Below the pieces are notes generated by a model. That model ran no database searches and was not told the origin of the DNA. It saw nothing but the letters and a program-made list of their open reading frames with translations. A program made the translations under genes and the position numbers. Below, piece after piece: positions 1 to 12,839 of a stretch of DNA of 52,364 bases. Positions within the stretch are counted from its first letter, which is position 1. Each line of letters starts with the position of its first letter. Source of the stretch: Octopus bimaculoides (Eukaryota); the NCBI RefSeq assembly GCF_001194135.2, contig NC_068981.1, forward strand, positions 165,028,246 to 165,080,609, written 5' to 3'.

Positions 1-48
<48 letters not shown>
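1..48. repeat. (AAT)n microsatellite abutting the 5' end of the R4/Dong-like element
   Basis: Pure AAT repeat running off the window start. Confidence 0.98.
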
Positions 49-49
<1 letters not shown>

Positions 50-1518
50 TGGCAAAGACGATAATGATCTTGAAGGACTACTACGTACTGTGAAAGTAAC
101 CAGTGATGACATTGGGATGGAATTTGGTCTTGATAAATGTGCGAAGTCGACTTTCTAGAAAGGGAAACTGAAGACCTTACATTCAGTGGTGTTGGATGTT
201 GACACAGTCATAAAAGAAGTCGAGCAGGAACAAACTTACAAATGCCTCGGAATGAATGAAAGCTCTGGCATTCAACATGCAAGTATGAAAGAGAAGATCA
301 GGCAGGAGTGTTACAGGAGAGTTCGAGCAGTCCTAAAATCCTAGTTAAATGCACGTAACAAGGTGTTAGCTATAAATTCCTTATCAGTTCTTGTTATTTA
401 CAGTTTCAATGTGTTGAACTGTAATACAGGCGAAATAAGGAAGATTGACAGGAAAATCCGTAAGCATTAAGATTCACCACACAAAGGCAGACGCAGATCG
501 TCTTCACCTACCCAGAGCTCAAGGAGGTCGAGTCTTGATCCAATTTGAAATCTCCTACAAAACCACCACAACTGAACTGGCAAAATATCTTGAAACATCT
601 AACGGCTGGATGCTAAAGACCGTTGAAAGCCATGAAAAACGGAAGAAGCTTCATTCTGTTATGAAGGAGAGCAAAGAATTTTCAAGTGAGTTTATGCATA
701 ATACTCAGGTTGAACAGCATGAGGAAAGTGCAGCGACCGCAGCCGCAAAGAAGCTGAAATCAATAGCAAAGCAAAATGCGGTTGAACAGTTGGCTTATAG
801 GTAGGAACAAAAACCTCACATATGTGGCCCGTAGCAAACAAGCTGATATAGACCAGAAGCACACCCATCAGTGGCTACGGAGCTCAGGGCTAAAAGCAGA
901 GAGTGAAGGCTTTATCTTGGCTGCCCAAGATCATAGCTTATTGACCTGGAACTATCAAGCCAATGTGATGAAAAATGGTGTAGACATAAAATACGGATAC
1001 TGCAACGATAGGATAGAAACAGTCGACCACCTAATCTCTGGATGTAAGGTTTTAGCACTTCTAGAGTACAAATCAAGACATGACAAAGTTGACCAAAATC
1101 TACATTGGATAATGTGTCGACATTATAAAATCAAAACTGCTGACAAATGGTACAAGCACCACCCTGAGGCTGTAACTGAGGGAGAAAATGTAACTATTCT
1201 TTGGGACTTCCCATTATGTACAGATCGGACCATCAAAGCAAGTGAACGAGATATTGTTGTGAAAGACCAAAACACTAAAGTCTGTTTATTGATTGACATG
1301 AGCATACCCTATGACCATAATATCTCGGCAAAAGAATTTGATAAGCTCAAAAGATATAAAGACCTGCTAATAGAAATCGAAAAGATGTGGCATCTCAAGA
1401 CGGTTACAATACCAGTTATTGTAGGACCACCTGGAATGATCGAAAAAGGAGCTGAAAATTATTTTTAAATGATCCTTGGTTTTCCATCCATGCTGGAAGT
1501 GTAAAAGATTGTCTTAAC

Positions 1519-1519
<1 letters not shown>
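48..1519 (+). mobile_element. Decayed R4/Dong-clade non-LTR retrotransposon: RT C-terminus, zinc knuckle and restriction-like endonuclease; truncated at both ends
   Basis: From 48 the frame reads YGKDDNDLEGLLRTVKVTSDDIGMEFGLDKCAK..YKCLG..MKEKIRQECYRRVRAVLKS with in-frame stops. After frameshifts come HHTKADADRLHLPRAQGGR, LKAESEGFILAAQD, YCNDRIETVDHLISGC, RHDKV, WDFPLCTDRTIKASERDIVV, LLIDMSIP and KLKRYKDL. It ends at LEV*KIVLT in a (TA)n tract. ORFs 445-804 and 776-1468 are pieces of it. Confidence 0.88.
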
Positions 1520-1554
<35 letters not shown>

Positions 1555-1675
1555 GCAGCGTGGTGGATGTTTATAAGCCATTTAAGAACGCAAAAATACC
1601 ATTAGTGTCTCTTCAATATTTAAATTTAATTTGTGTCATATTTTCGTCGGTGCACGAAGTTTTGTCAGTGATTTT

Positions 1676-2157
1676 NNNNNNNNNNNNNNNNNNNNNNNNN
1701 NNNNNNNNNNNNNNNNNNNNNNNNNNNNNNNNNNNNNNNNNNNNNNNNNNNNNNNNNNNNNNNNNNNNNNNNNNNNNNNNNNNNNNNNNNNNNNNNNNNN
1801 NNNNNNNNNNNNNNNNNNNNNNNNNNNNNNNNNNNNNNNNNNNNNNNNNNNNNNNNNNNNNNNNNNNNNNNNNNNNNNNNNNNNNNNNNNNNNNNNNNNN
1901 NNNNNNNNNNNNNNNNNNNNNNNNNNNNNNNNNNNNNNNNNNNNNNNNNNNNNNNNNNNNNNNNNNNNNNNNNNNNNNNNNNNNNNNNNNNNNNNNNNNN
2001 NNNNNNNNNNNNNNNNNNNNNNNNNNNNNNNNNNNNNNNNNNNNNNNNNNNNNNNNNNNNNNNNNNNNNNNNNNNNNNNNNNNNNNNNNNNNNNNNNNNN
2101 NNNNNNNNNNNNNNNNNNNNNNNNNNNNNNNNNNNNNNNNNNNNNNNNNNNNNNNNN
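1676..2157. other. Assembly gap (N run)
   Basis: N bases. The other gaps are 4693-5520, 10285-11027, 14976-15216, 18690-18890, 29083-29092, 37802-38410, 43949-44232, 45171-45689 and 48959-49141. Confidence 1.
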
Positions 2158-2266
2158 CACACATACACATACGACGGTCTACTTTCAGTTTTCGTCTACC
2201 GAATTCATTCACATGGCTCTTGTCAGCCCGAGACTATAGTAGAAGGCACTTGTCTAAAGTGCGACT
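2158..2266 (-). mobile_element. SINE family A fragment
   Basis: Reverse complement matches the central part of the copies at 8733 and 51845 (gtgtcttctactatag...ggtagacggaaactgaaag). Confidence 0.8.
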
Positions 2267-3689
2267 GGCTGATTTTCGACTTTTAAAGATTAACAAATTA
2301 AGTATCGGTAAAATAAATTAAGTATCAGTAATCGAAACCAGTCTGCTCTGAAAAAAAATTGTACTGGCATTGTGCCTATTCAGAAGTGACCAGTAACCAA
2401 ATAAATAAAACTATCACTGTTTGTTGAAATCAGTAAAACTGCAATTGAATTATCGCTTGTGATTTAGTCTGTATCTTTGGGAATCAAACTTTATTCGATA
2501 AATTCGCATTTACTGAATGTTAAGTCTCTCTTTGAGTAAGAAAATTACTTACTTTCAATTTAAACTATTTGGCAAGTACATACCAACAAATTCAATGTTA
2601 GAGATATTTCAGTGTCCCAAGACACGAAATCTTGTATGCACTAGAAAACCTGGCTTTGAAGGTTTATATAACATTGAAAGGCATTGCAGAAACCGAACAG
2701 CAGAACAATGAAAAGTCGATACGACGTGTATGGAGCAATAGGCATGATATATGAATGTGTCAAAACCAGTTGCAAATCGATGACAGGCGAAATCAAACAA
2801 AGACCTTGATCGATTTTCTTGTTCAATTAACTAGATAGCCATTATTACTTTTTTTTCTGATATAATAAATGGAAATACAGGCGAAAATTCAGATAAAAAT
2901 TGTCTCTTTTTATTTTAAATTTAATTATAAGATCAAAGGAGAAGAGTTAATCTTTAAAAGTTGTTCCAGTGATGCTGGTGTAACGGGGAAACAAATTAGA
3001 TGCAGGACTTCGTTCGTTTGATACTGATATTTCCTTTCAATTCCAGGACAGCTACTCCATTGAGAGAACACCAGGCCGAGTGGAGATCAAGTTTCTACAA
3101 TAAGGTTTTGTTGCGAATAAAAGATAGCTCGAAAAACCATGCGGTTGTTTCAACTCCAAAGAACGTGAAACTATGCAAATTTATATTAAAGTCATGCTAT
3201 GGTATCAATATAAGAAAAGCCAAAGAGAATTCTCTATTCTTTCTTATCACTTTATGATCTATAAATTGTAAATACAGCCAAATTTTGGAGAGTTGAGACG
3301 GCTGAAACATTTCATAATGTCTCCTTCTCGTACTGATATTAAAATTTAAATCTAGTCTGCGCTATATGAGATCCTAATTGTAAGTTAAAGAAAGGAGGCC
3401 AGTCGGGAAAGTAACAGATGTTGTTGCCAAATTCAAACTCCCAGGTAGTTCTGACGTGACTGCTAATAAATAATACCAACCAAATTTAAACTCAGTTCTG
3501 GTGTATGAGGAAATAATTTGGAATAAGTTGAAAATCTGTCCGATTCTTCATTTCCCCGTTTCAACATAAAACTTCTTTTGATATCTGGGATATCTAGAAC
3601 GATTCTCTACCTATTATAACATTATCTGAGGCCAGCCAACACTCAGCCCACTTAAAATTTGTTAAGTCTACTTTAAATCATATCCTTTT

Positions 3690-4500
3690 ATCTTAATTAT
3701 AGAAAGGATTCACTGTTTATTGCGGATTTATATAGACATAAGAAGGTGGATTTGTCACTGTTGAAACGCATTTGGATCTGCTAGAAGAGAAGTGGCCTGG
3801 GGTTAAAGAGGAACAAGAGACTTATCAACGAAGGGAATGCACAGCATTATATTAATTTATATTTATATGAAATGTACTTCTTACAAGCTAAATGTGCATT
3901 TAACGTTACTGATTTAGGAAATAAGGCCAACATTACGCAAATAAATAATTCCTCTAAAATTATAATTTATAGTAAACTTTTTTTAATTTCATTTTAATAT
4001 GCCCTACTTGTTGTTTGAACAGTTTTATGATCAAAGAAAACCTTGCCGTTACTAGTCCAATTTCTTGTATATCGACAACTACAAGTTGTACAGCATATTT
4101 AGAACAATAAGAAGAGTCTCTAATCCTAGGAGATTGAATTACAAGTTTACAACTTTCAAAACATTGATCCAAGAACTGATTTATGCAGATGATGATTTTG
4201 TTGGTCATACGGTGGGCATACAACTTATAATGGGATGGGCTGATTATTAGCTGCACGTATTGCATTAGGCCTTACAAAAAGTCTGGAGACGATAAAGGTA
4301 AAGTTTGCTCGCTCTTGCACAAAGTGACCTGTACATTGAACCAATCATCTTCGTGAATGGCTGGTACCAGATAAGAATTGAGTATCCATTTGTATCTTGA
4401 GAGTAGTTTGTCAACTGGTGAATCCCGTGACGATGAAATTCGCTCCCGAATTTAAAATGTTTTGGCAAATTATTGAAGAAAGAGTGATCAGACACGGCTG
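3690..4500 (+). mobile_element. RTE (BovB-like) LINE reverse-transcriptase remnant
   Basis: NPRRLNYKFTTFKTLIQELIYADD..GHT..QLIM (ORF 4065-4250), then in shifted frames GLTKSLETIKV, YIEPIIFVNG, LESSLS..DDEIRSRI. Upstream KDSLFIADLYRHK resembles the RTE KDASIVHLYKRK motif. Confidence 0.72.
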
Positions 4501-5520
4501 ACGGTTACAAAATTACGTCGAGAAAGACCATTGCTATTTCGAACGAAATCACTTATAATATTTCTTCTGTTTCGGGTTCATGACGCACCCATGTTAACTT
4601 TTGCCTCTGAAATGCAGTGAACCAGTTGTTTGCTCGTTGGAAATCTGTTACCAACGGCGTTTATTGTTAACGGATTGCAATATATATATATANNNNNNNN
4701 NNNNNNNNNNNNNNNNNNNNNNNNNNNNNNNNNNNNNNNNNNNNNNNNNNNNNNNNNNNNNNNNNNNNNNNNNNNNNNNNNNNNNNNNNNNNNNNNNNNN
4801 NNNNNNNNNNNNNNNNNNNNNNNNNNNNNNNNNNNNNNNNNNNNNNNNNNNNNNNNNNNNNNNNNNNNNNNNNNNNNNNNNNNNNNNNNNNNNNNNNNNN
4901 NNNNNNNNNNNNNNNNNNNNNNNNNNNNNNNNNNNNNNNNNNNNNNNNNNNNNNNNNNNNNNNNNNNNNNNNNNNNNNNNNNNNNNNNNNNNNNNNNNNN
5001 NNNNNNNNNNNNNNNNNNNNNNNNNNNNNNNNNNNNNNNNNNNNNNNNNNNNNNNNNNNNNNNNNNNNNNNNNNNNNNNNNNNNNNNNNNNNNNNNNNNN
5101 NNNNNNNNNNNNNNNNNNNNNNNNNNNNNNNNNNNNNNNNNNNNNNNNNNNNNNNNNNNNNNNNNNNNNNNNNNNNNNNNNNNNNNNNNNNNNNNNNNNN
5201 NNNNNNNNNNNNNNNNNNNNNNNNNNNNNNNNNNNNNNNNNNNNNNNNNNNNNNNNNNNNNNNNNNNNNNNNNNNNNNNNNNNNNNNNNNNNNNNNNNNN
5301 NNNNNNNNNNNNNNNNNNNNNNNNNNNNNNNNNNNNNNNNNNNNNNNNNNNNNNNNNNNNNNNNNNNNNNNNNNNNNNNNNNNNNNNNNNNNNNNNNNNN
5401 NNNNNNNNNNNNNNNNNNNNNNNNNNNNNNNNNNNNNNNNNNNNNNNNNNNNNNNNNNNNNNNNNNNNNNNNNNNNNNNNNNNNNNNNNNNNNNNNNNNN
5501 NNNNNNNNNNNNNNNNNNNN

Positions 5521-5553
<33 letters not shown>

Positions 5554-7671
5554 TGTGTGTGTGTGTGTAAATAAGATCCTGAATAATGTCTTGATATAGC
5601 TCTGCCAATTAGAAGTCCTGCCAAATCATGACAAATTTCTTTTCTGGATGGTTTAGTCCGCCAAGCATGATATACGTTTAGAAGAGAAATTGAAAACACT
5701 TGTCTATGCTTTCCTTCGTTGTCCACGTCGTATTAATATGTAGAAATATATAGAAATATATTATAAAACTACTAATGACGTTCGTCTAGAGTCAATGAAG
5801 ATACTTCAGTGCTGTAGGTCTCCAGACCTACAAGAGATAACAACCAGTTCTTATTAAAATATCTTAAAATAGAGAAAGAGAAAGACGGAAAAGGTAAGAC
5901 GGTCCTACCCGAAATAAAAAAAATGTGGGTGTTTTTGATGATAGGCTTGCCTATTGAGGGGTCAAATGTAATACATCCCACTTCTGGATGAAAACTTATG
6001 CATACCGTTGCCGGCCTGTCTATCCAGGTTGTATGAGCCTACCTGTTGATGCTGTCGAAAATGTGGAATGAGGTCGAGTAAGACGAAGACATTGGTACCT
6101 TAATAAATATCAGCTAACTGATCGACGGAGTCAGCTATGAAGTTAGCTTTTCCTCTGCAGCGTAAACGAAAATTATCTCGGACAAAAGCCGCTCTTGACA
6201 AAAGCCATCTCTGATAAAAGATCCATATGTTAATATTAACCTAGAATGAACGTCCCGAAACACAAACTCCTTTTGAGGAAAAAGAAATTCCTACATCCAT
6301 GTCACTTCAACATTAACACCCACACAACATCACAACTACAAATTCACCAATGCATTAACACAGCTGCAACATAAACCTCTCCCTCCAATACTATGTACCC
6401 AAACTTGCCTATTAAAGATTTAGCCTACAATCTCTATGTAATTATATTGCCATCACGTCACCTCTGTAACAGTAATGTTTAAAGAAATATCATGACCATA
6501 ATATATAATGTACACAGTGATAAAGTTACTATGAGGTTCCTCGAATTGTTACAAATTGAAGTCAAAGCTAATAATATTGCGGAAACAAGAGATTCGAGAG
6601 ATATCGCCCACCCCTCAAACTAAGACGCGTAACATCCGTGTTGCAATATGTGAGCAACATGATCGTAATAGTGTCGAGTATCAAGTGCATCGAGGTTATC
6701 GGTGCCATTTTAAGGGGATAAGATTTGGTGACCGTTTGGTGACCGTTTGCAGCCCTGCAGCTAGACCCGTGGAGTAGTTCCATGTCACTAAGTATTACCG
6801 TGGGCGCTGCACAGAGGATCTGTTATATTGCTCGGAGAATAGTTAGTCCAGAACTGGTCTTACTCAAAAATAGGCCGAAATGAAAATGTCCCCGAAAGGG
6901 CTGGCGAACGCCTACGTTGCTTCCTTTCTCTATAAACATCTGAACGTCATGGCTTGCCTCATTTCACGTCCGATCAGACTGGTCTTTTACAATTAGTAAA
7001 ATGAATTCGTTCCACTGGTGGAAAGATTCAGTTTCTGGCAATACTTGCTATATGAAGGACTGGGCATGCTGTTGCTAATGATGTGTAGACATGCTCTTCA
7101 GTTACAGCATTTCCAACAATTTTGCGTCGGTGAACAGCCGTGATTACCTTTTGTCAGACGCTTTTTTTCGCACAAGGTTGTTTCTTTGGCAGAACTACTG
7201 TTCAGGGTCAAACAAAACCCGAGATAGTTTTGGCATCCGGAATGTCATCAAAAATTAATAGACCTCTAGCAACCGGATGATGCGGTTGACAGAAATTTCA
7301 CATTTACATTCAATAGAAAATTAGTCGCGTAAAAAATTAACGTTGTTCTCGGATCTATCTGGGTGTCAACGAAACTCAGGTAGTTGGCCTGTTCCGGAAG
7401 TTTATTGGCCCGAGGTCCCCGAATAATTTCCGGAAATCCTTGGCTTGGCAGTGCTACCGAGATTTACTGCCACAAATATGCATGAAGAGCAACACGAGCA
7501 TTCTGAACACGCTCTTCCAACACCCGAGCAGTGCTGACTTTTGGAGTTATGTCGAACAGCTGAAATCACGTGTAGGATGGATTCAGTATTTCAGATGAGA
7601 CCATTGTGAAAGGTAAGCAGTGTTTATCTATCTGGTGGCTATTTTGAAAGAAATTGAGCAGTGAACAGGAT

Positions 7672-7870
7672 TTAAAGGGCTGGAGACTAACACTTATCTC
7701 TGGTTAAACCGTATTTTAAGTTTCACTTGAAAGGAAAAGTGAGGGCGGAAAGGAAGTTTTTCCTTCTAGTAAATTTGTTGACAAGTGGATGAGATTGACG
7801 CTTGTGATTCGAATAAACAGATTCATTTAGAAGTGAAGAAAGACATCTTAGAGAGGGTGCTTACCCCAGT
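7672..7870. repeat. Unclassified dispersed repeat, homologous to 12335-12545
   Basis: Colinear shared blocks: aaagggctg(g/a)agac..cac, ttaaagtttcact(t/a)gaaa, ggaag, aaattt, aagt(g/t)gatgaga(t/g)tgac. Confidence 0.7.
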
Positions 7871-8088
7871 GATCTGTGTATCCATGGTTTCTATGGGAAG
7901 TCCTCGGAGGTCTCACACCCAATGGTAAAATTTTACGTTTAAAATTTTATTGCTAGCATGCTAGTTTTAGTTTACATGTATAACCCCACACAGTTTTTGT
8001 AAGCCCCACCCCACCTTGTTATGTCCTTGATTTTATGTAAGCTCTGGTGGCTAATTAAGAAACGCTGATGCGTCTACTCCGAAAGAGA

Positions 8089-8228
8089 TCATCATCACCA
8101 CCACCATCATCATTGGTGTCGCTAACATCATCATCATCGTCGTCGTCGTCGCCGTCGTCAACAACATTATTATTATTTTCATTATTGTTGTTCTTGTGAT
8201 TACTGTGATGGTGGTGGTGGTGGTATTT
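8089..8228. repeat. Mosaic trinucleotide microsatellite (CAT/CAC/CGT/ATT/GGT)
   Basis: Successive short trinucleotide runs. Confidence 0.85.
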
Positions 8229-8732
8229 GATGTTTGCATTTTTGCATTAAAAGTAAGTTATATTCAAAGACACATTTATCAAAAGTATTTCCCATGATGG
8301 AGAAGATAGGAATTGGAGGGTTGAGAGTTGGCGTGTGCACTTTAAATTTGACTTCAGATACTTTAAGCTTGATATATAGTGTTGTTTATCTTTTTTTTTT
8401 CTTGTCTTCCTTTTTTCTTTTCTTTTCTTTTTTGCCATTTTCGGAATAAAAAAAAAAAAGCAAATAAAACAGCGTTTATCTCAGTCTACATACATGAGTT
8501 CTTTGTATGTTGATGTCGTGTTAATGTATTTATGGTTTTACTTCAAGGATCGTTAACGACGACGTTTCTGAATGGTGGCGAGACAAAGTGTAGTATTACC
8601 TTTGACGTAGCCGACGATGAAATCACTATATAGTCTCTGAAACTGCTAGAAATAGGAGCTAAATCTCTGTCATAAAACATTTCATTAATTTAATCTTGTG
8701 CTTACAATAGCCTAGAGAATATAAAAAAAGTG

Positions 8733-9102
8733 TACCAACCACATGGTTCCGGGTTCAGTCCCACTACGTGGCACCTTGGGTAAGTGTCTTCTACTATAAC
8801 CTTGGGCTGACCAAAGCCTTGTGAGTGGATTTGGTAGACGGAAACTGAAAGAAGCCCGTCGTATATATGTATATATATATGTGTGTGTGTGTGTTTGTGT
8901 GTCGTCTGTGTTTGTCCCCGCCAACATCGCTTGACACCCGATGCTGGTGTATTTACGTCCGCGTAACTTAGCGGTTCGGCAAAAAAGAGACCGAGAGGAT
9001 AAGTACTAGGTTTACAAAGAATAAGTCCTGGCGTCGATTTCCTCGACTAAAGGCGGTGCTTCAGCATGGCCGCAGTCAAATGACTGAAACAAGTAAAGAG
9101 TA
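8733..9102 (+). mobile_element. SINE family A, 5'-truncated
   Basis: B-box-like ggttccgggttcagtccc, internal (TA)/(GT) tract, 3' end ggcggtgcttcagcatggccgcagtcaaatgactgaaacaagtaaagag. Confidence 0.9.
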
Positions 9103-9103
9103 T

Positions 9104-9253
9104 GGAGGCACAGACGTTGCTGCGTGGTAAGAAGTTTGCTTCCCAACTATATGGTTCTGGGTTCCGTCTCACTGCATGGTGCCATGAGCGAGTGTCTTCT
9201 ACTTATAAATGTATATGGTAGACAGAACCTGAAGGAATCAGTCATATATATAA

Positions 9254-9323
<70 letters not shown>

Positions 9324-9535
9324 CTTTGTGTCTGTGTTTGTCCCCACCACCGCTTGACAACCGGTGTTGGTGTGTTTAGATCTCTGTAACTTTACCGTTC
9401 GGCAAAAGAATCGATAGAATAAGTACCAGGGTTTTAAAAATTCCTGGGGTATATTTGCTGCCCTAAAACTCTTCAGGCGGTGCTCCAGCATGGCCACAGT
9501 CAAATGAGTAAAACAAATAAAAGGTAAGAGGTAAA
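9104..9535 (+). mobile_element. SINE family A, near full length, directly behind the previous copy
   Basis: tRNA-like head ggaggcacagacgttgctgcgtggtaag, internal (GT)n and the same 3' end. Confidence 0.88.
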
Positions 9536-10217
9536 ATGTGTGTAGTTGGAATCCGAGTTAACTTAATCTGTTTGATTAGGGCAGACGTGTAGCTAAATAG
9601 CAACAACCACAAGGTTTTTGTTCAACTATTCAGGTGTCACAGTTTTTACTCCTCAGTTAATCTTAATGCCGAGAGGTGCAATTGACCTATCGTTTATCAA
9701 TTTCACACCTAATCCTGGAAATAGTTTCGCCCCCAATCGATCGGTGAAAATAGTAACCAACGAATCCCTTCCTTCATTTCTTCGTTCCATTTTTGCTTCC
9801 TTCCTTACATTTTTCATTTCTTCCGTGTCTAATTCAATGGTGACTTCACTGACTTGTCACGTACGCACGAAAGAGATAGCAGGTGAAACGCATGTGATCT
9901 TATGAGGTTTAAACTTACTCACATATTCAACAATTAATACTGTCATCTCGTTGTTCATTTGTTTTGCAGACTACGGTGCTAATGAGTGAACAGGTTAAAA
10001 ACAATGTACCGAGAGTTGCTGGCAAGCTATTGAGTCTTTTATTGTTTGTTATTAGAGACATGGTAATCCAATGCAAAACGGATCTCCAGAGATTGTAGAA
10101 AGTCACGCCATTTCTGCGACAAGAGTCCACAATTCACACACGCATATACGCACGAGCGCATAGATACAGCTACGCACAAAATACTGAGAGTATAGTAAAT
10201 ATACACACCCTATTCAT

Positions 10218-10265
<48 letters not shown>

Positions 10266-11296
10266 TATATATATTATGCATAGGNNNNNNNNNNNNNNNN
10301 NNNNNNNNNNNNNNNNNNNNNNNNNNNNNNNNNNNNNNNNNNNNNNNNNNNNNNNNNNNNNNNNNNNNNNNNNNNNNNNNNNNNNNNNNNNNNNNNNNNN
10401 NNNNNNNNNNNNNNNNNNNNNNNNNNNNNNNNNNNNNNNNNNNNNNNNNNNNNNNNNNNNNNNNNNNNNNNNNNNNNNNNNNNNNNNNNNNNNNNNNNNN
10501 NNNNNNNNNNNNNNNNNNNNNNNNNNNNNNNNNNNNNNNNNNNNNNNNNNNNNNNNNNNNNNNNNNNNNNNNNNNNNNNNNNNNNNNNNNNNNNNNNNNN
10601 NNNNNNNNNNNNNNNNNNNNNNNNNNNNNNNNNNNNNNNNNNNNNNNNNNNNNNNNNNNNNNNNNNNNNNNNNNNNNNNNNNNNNNNNNNNNNNNNNNNN
10701 NNNNNNNNNNNNNNNNNNNNNNNNNNNNNNNNNNNNNNNNNNNNNNNNNNNNNNNNNNNNNNNNNNNNNNNNNNNNNNNNNNNNNNNNNNNNNNNNNNNN
10801 NNNNNNNNNNNNNNNNNNNNNNNNNNNNNNNNNNNNNNNNNNNNNNNNNNNNNNNNNNNNNNNNNNNNNNNNNNNNNNNNNNNNNNNNNNNNNNNNNNNN
10901 NNNNNNNNNNNNNNNNNNNNNNNNNNNNNNNNNNNNNNNNNNNNNNNNNNNNNNNNNNNNNNNNNNNNNNNNNNNNNNNNNNNNNNNNNNNNNNNNNNNN
11001 NNNNNNNNNNNNNNNNNNNNNNNNNNNATATATATATATATATATATATATATAAGTATATATGCATGTGTGGGCGTGCGTATTATTATCATTATTGATA
11101 TTAATAAGGGATTATTAATCGGGGCAAAATACTTCTAAGCTCTCTGTTAATACAGACTGCACTAGGCTAACAGGAGGTATTTTGATTGGCAAACCACTCT
11201 AGGTAATCGTAAAGTGAGATCCGGAGTCGAAGTCCATCACCAATCCACATTGTAAATCATTGGTTGCATTACCAATTTAATATGGTATGTCTTCAA

Positions 11297-11510
11297 GGCG
11301 GCGAGCTGGCAGAAGCTTTAGCATGCCGGGTGAAATGCTTAGCAGTATTTCGTCTGTCTTTACGTTCTGGGTTCAAATTCCGCCGAGGTCGATTTTACCT
11401 TTCAACCTTTCGGGGTCGATAAATTAAGTGCCAGTTGCGTATTGAGCTCGATTTAATCGACTGCCCCCCCCCATCCCCCAAAATTTCGGTCCTCGTGCCC
11501 AGAGCAGATT
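11297..11510 (+). mobile_element. SINE family C
   Basis: Head ggcggcgagctggcagaa, B-box-like gttcaaattcc, core cctttcaacctttcggggtcgataaattaagt. Confidence 0.92.
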
Positions 11511-12334
11511 AAATACGGTGTCTTCACAGAGTGATGAAACAAATTTATTTACATTGGCACTTGATGTGCTGACTCCGAAGACGATAGCATTTTTAATGAT
11601 CGTTCGCTTTATGCACTCGATCGATCGACAGCTTGAGTAAACGGAACCATGGGCGCACCTAAATTATATATCAGAAACAGCTGCAAGTCTGCAATGTACA
11701 AATAAATGAAAGTATAAAGCCTATTTGTGTGTGTATATATGTGTGTGCATGTGTGTATGTGTATGTGTGTATGTGTGAGCGTGTGTGTGTGTGTTTGTAG
11801 GTGTGTATCTATGTATGTATATACACACACTATACCGTAGTATAGTATACTATACTATACAACAAATCCGGTGATATGTGATACTGAATGCTATTCACGA
11901 TAATTCGTAAATTTATTAATATTTCCCCTGTGAACAAAGAAGAAACGAATAAATAATATCATGCATTCATTTAGCCAAGTAAAACATATGGTGGAAAGGG
12001 CATAAAGATATAAGACGAAAGCAAAACAAATAAGGCATATGTACATTGTACATTGTACATATGTCAGTGTCTGTGTGTGTCAGTGTCTGTGTGCGTATGT
12101 GTGTGTCAGTGTGTATGAGGGTGTGTCGTGCCAACAACACGCTGCTACGAATCGCTTGTAACTTTGTTCGTCTAATACCTGTGCATTACCGACATGTGGA
12201 GTTATGTAGAACATCTGTTGTCGCGTGTAGAACGTTTCAGACTATCAAATGTTTCCTCTGGGAATATCGTCCTGCTGTCATTCTTTGACTAGGAAGGGCA
12301 GGAAGACTTCCAGTCCATGTGGTGGTCAAGATTG

Positions 12335-12690
12335 AAAGGGCTGAAGACAGACACCTTCCTTTCTTGCTAAAGCCTTGTAAAATTTTAAAGTTTCACTAGA
12401 AAAAGGAAGGTGAAGTTGGATAGGGAAGTGCTACCTCGCCACAAATTTTTTGAAAAGTTGATGAGAGTGACAGGAGTTTGTGCTGAGTATGCGCCTGTGG
12501 ATTTAGGGAGGAAGATTAGGAGAGAACACTTGCCCTAGAGGTCAGGTTGACGGTGGTTTTGTTAGGGTATTCACAACCAGTCCTCGTTTTCTTTTCCGTT
12601 TTGTGTATGCCCTTTTTTCATTTTCGATCTCATTGTTTGTTTATGTCTGACGTCCCGGATACGAAGCGTCGTAACAAAAGTCACTGCTGG
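12335..12690. repeat. Second copy of the unclassified repeat (see 7672-7870), possibly Penelope-related
   Basis: Nucleotide similarity to 7672-7870. The family assignment is a guess. Confidence 0.6.
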
Positions 12691-12839
12691 CTATAGTTTC
12701 TTTAGAATATAGGTAGAGATAACTTTAACAAGTGAATTTTTTTCTAGTTTGAATATTTTAGTTGCTTTGTTTCTGTTACTTCATTGTACAGACGCATTTA
12801 TGTGAACTCACATCATCGTGTCGTCTTGTATCTTTCTGT

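Noticed and set aside
445-1468. 119-aa and 230-aa ORFs as host genes
   Set aside because: They are frameshifted pieces of one retrotransposon ORF with upstream in-frame stops.
9970-10062. Plus-strand exon TTVLMSEQVKNNVPRVAGKLLSLLLFVIRDM
   Set aside because: The splice signals are plausible, but equally open minus-strand frames overlap it and none is recognisable. Too ambiguous to call.
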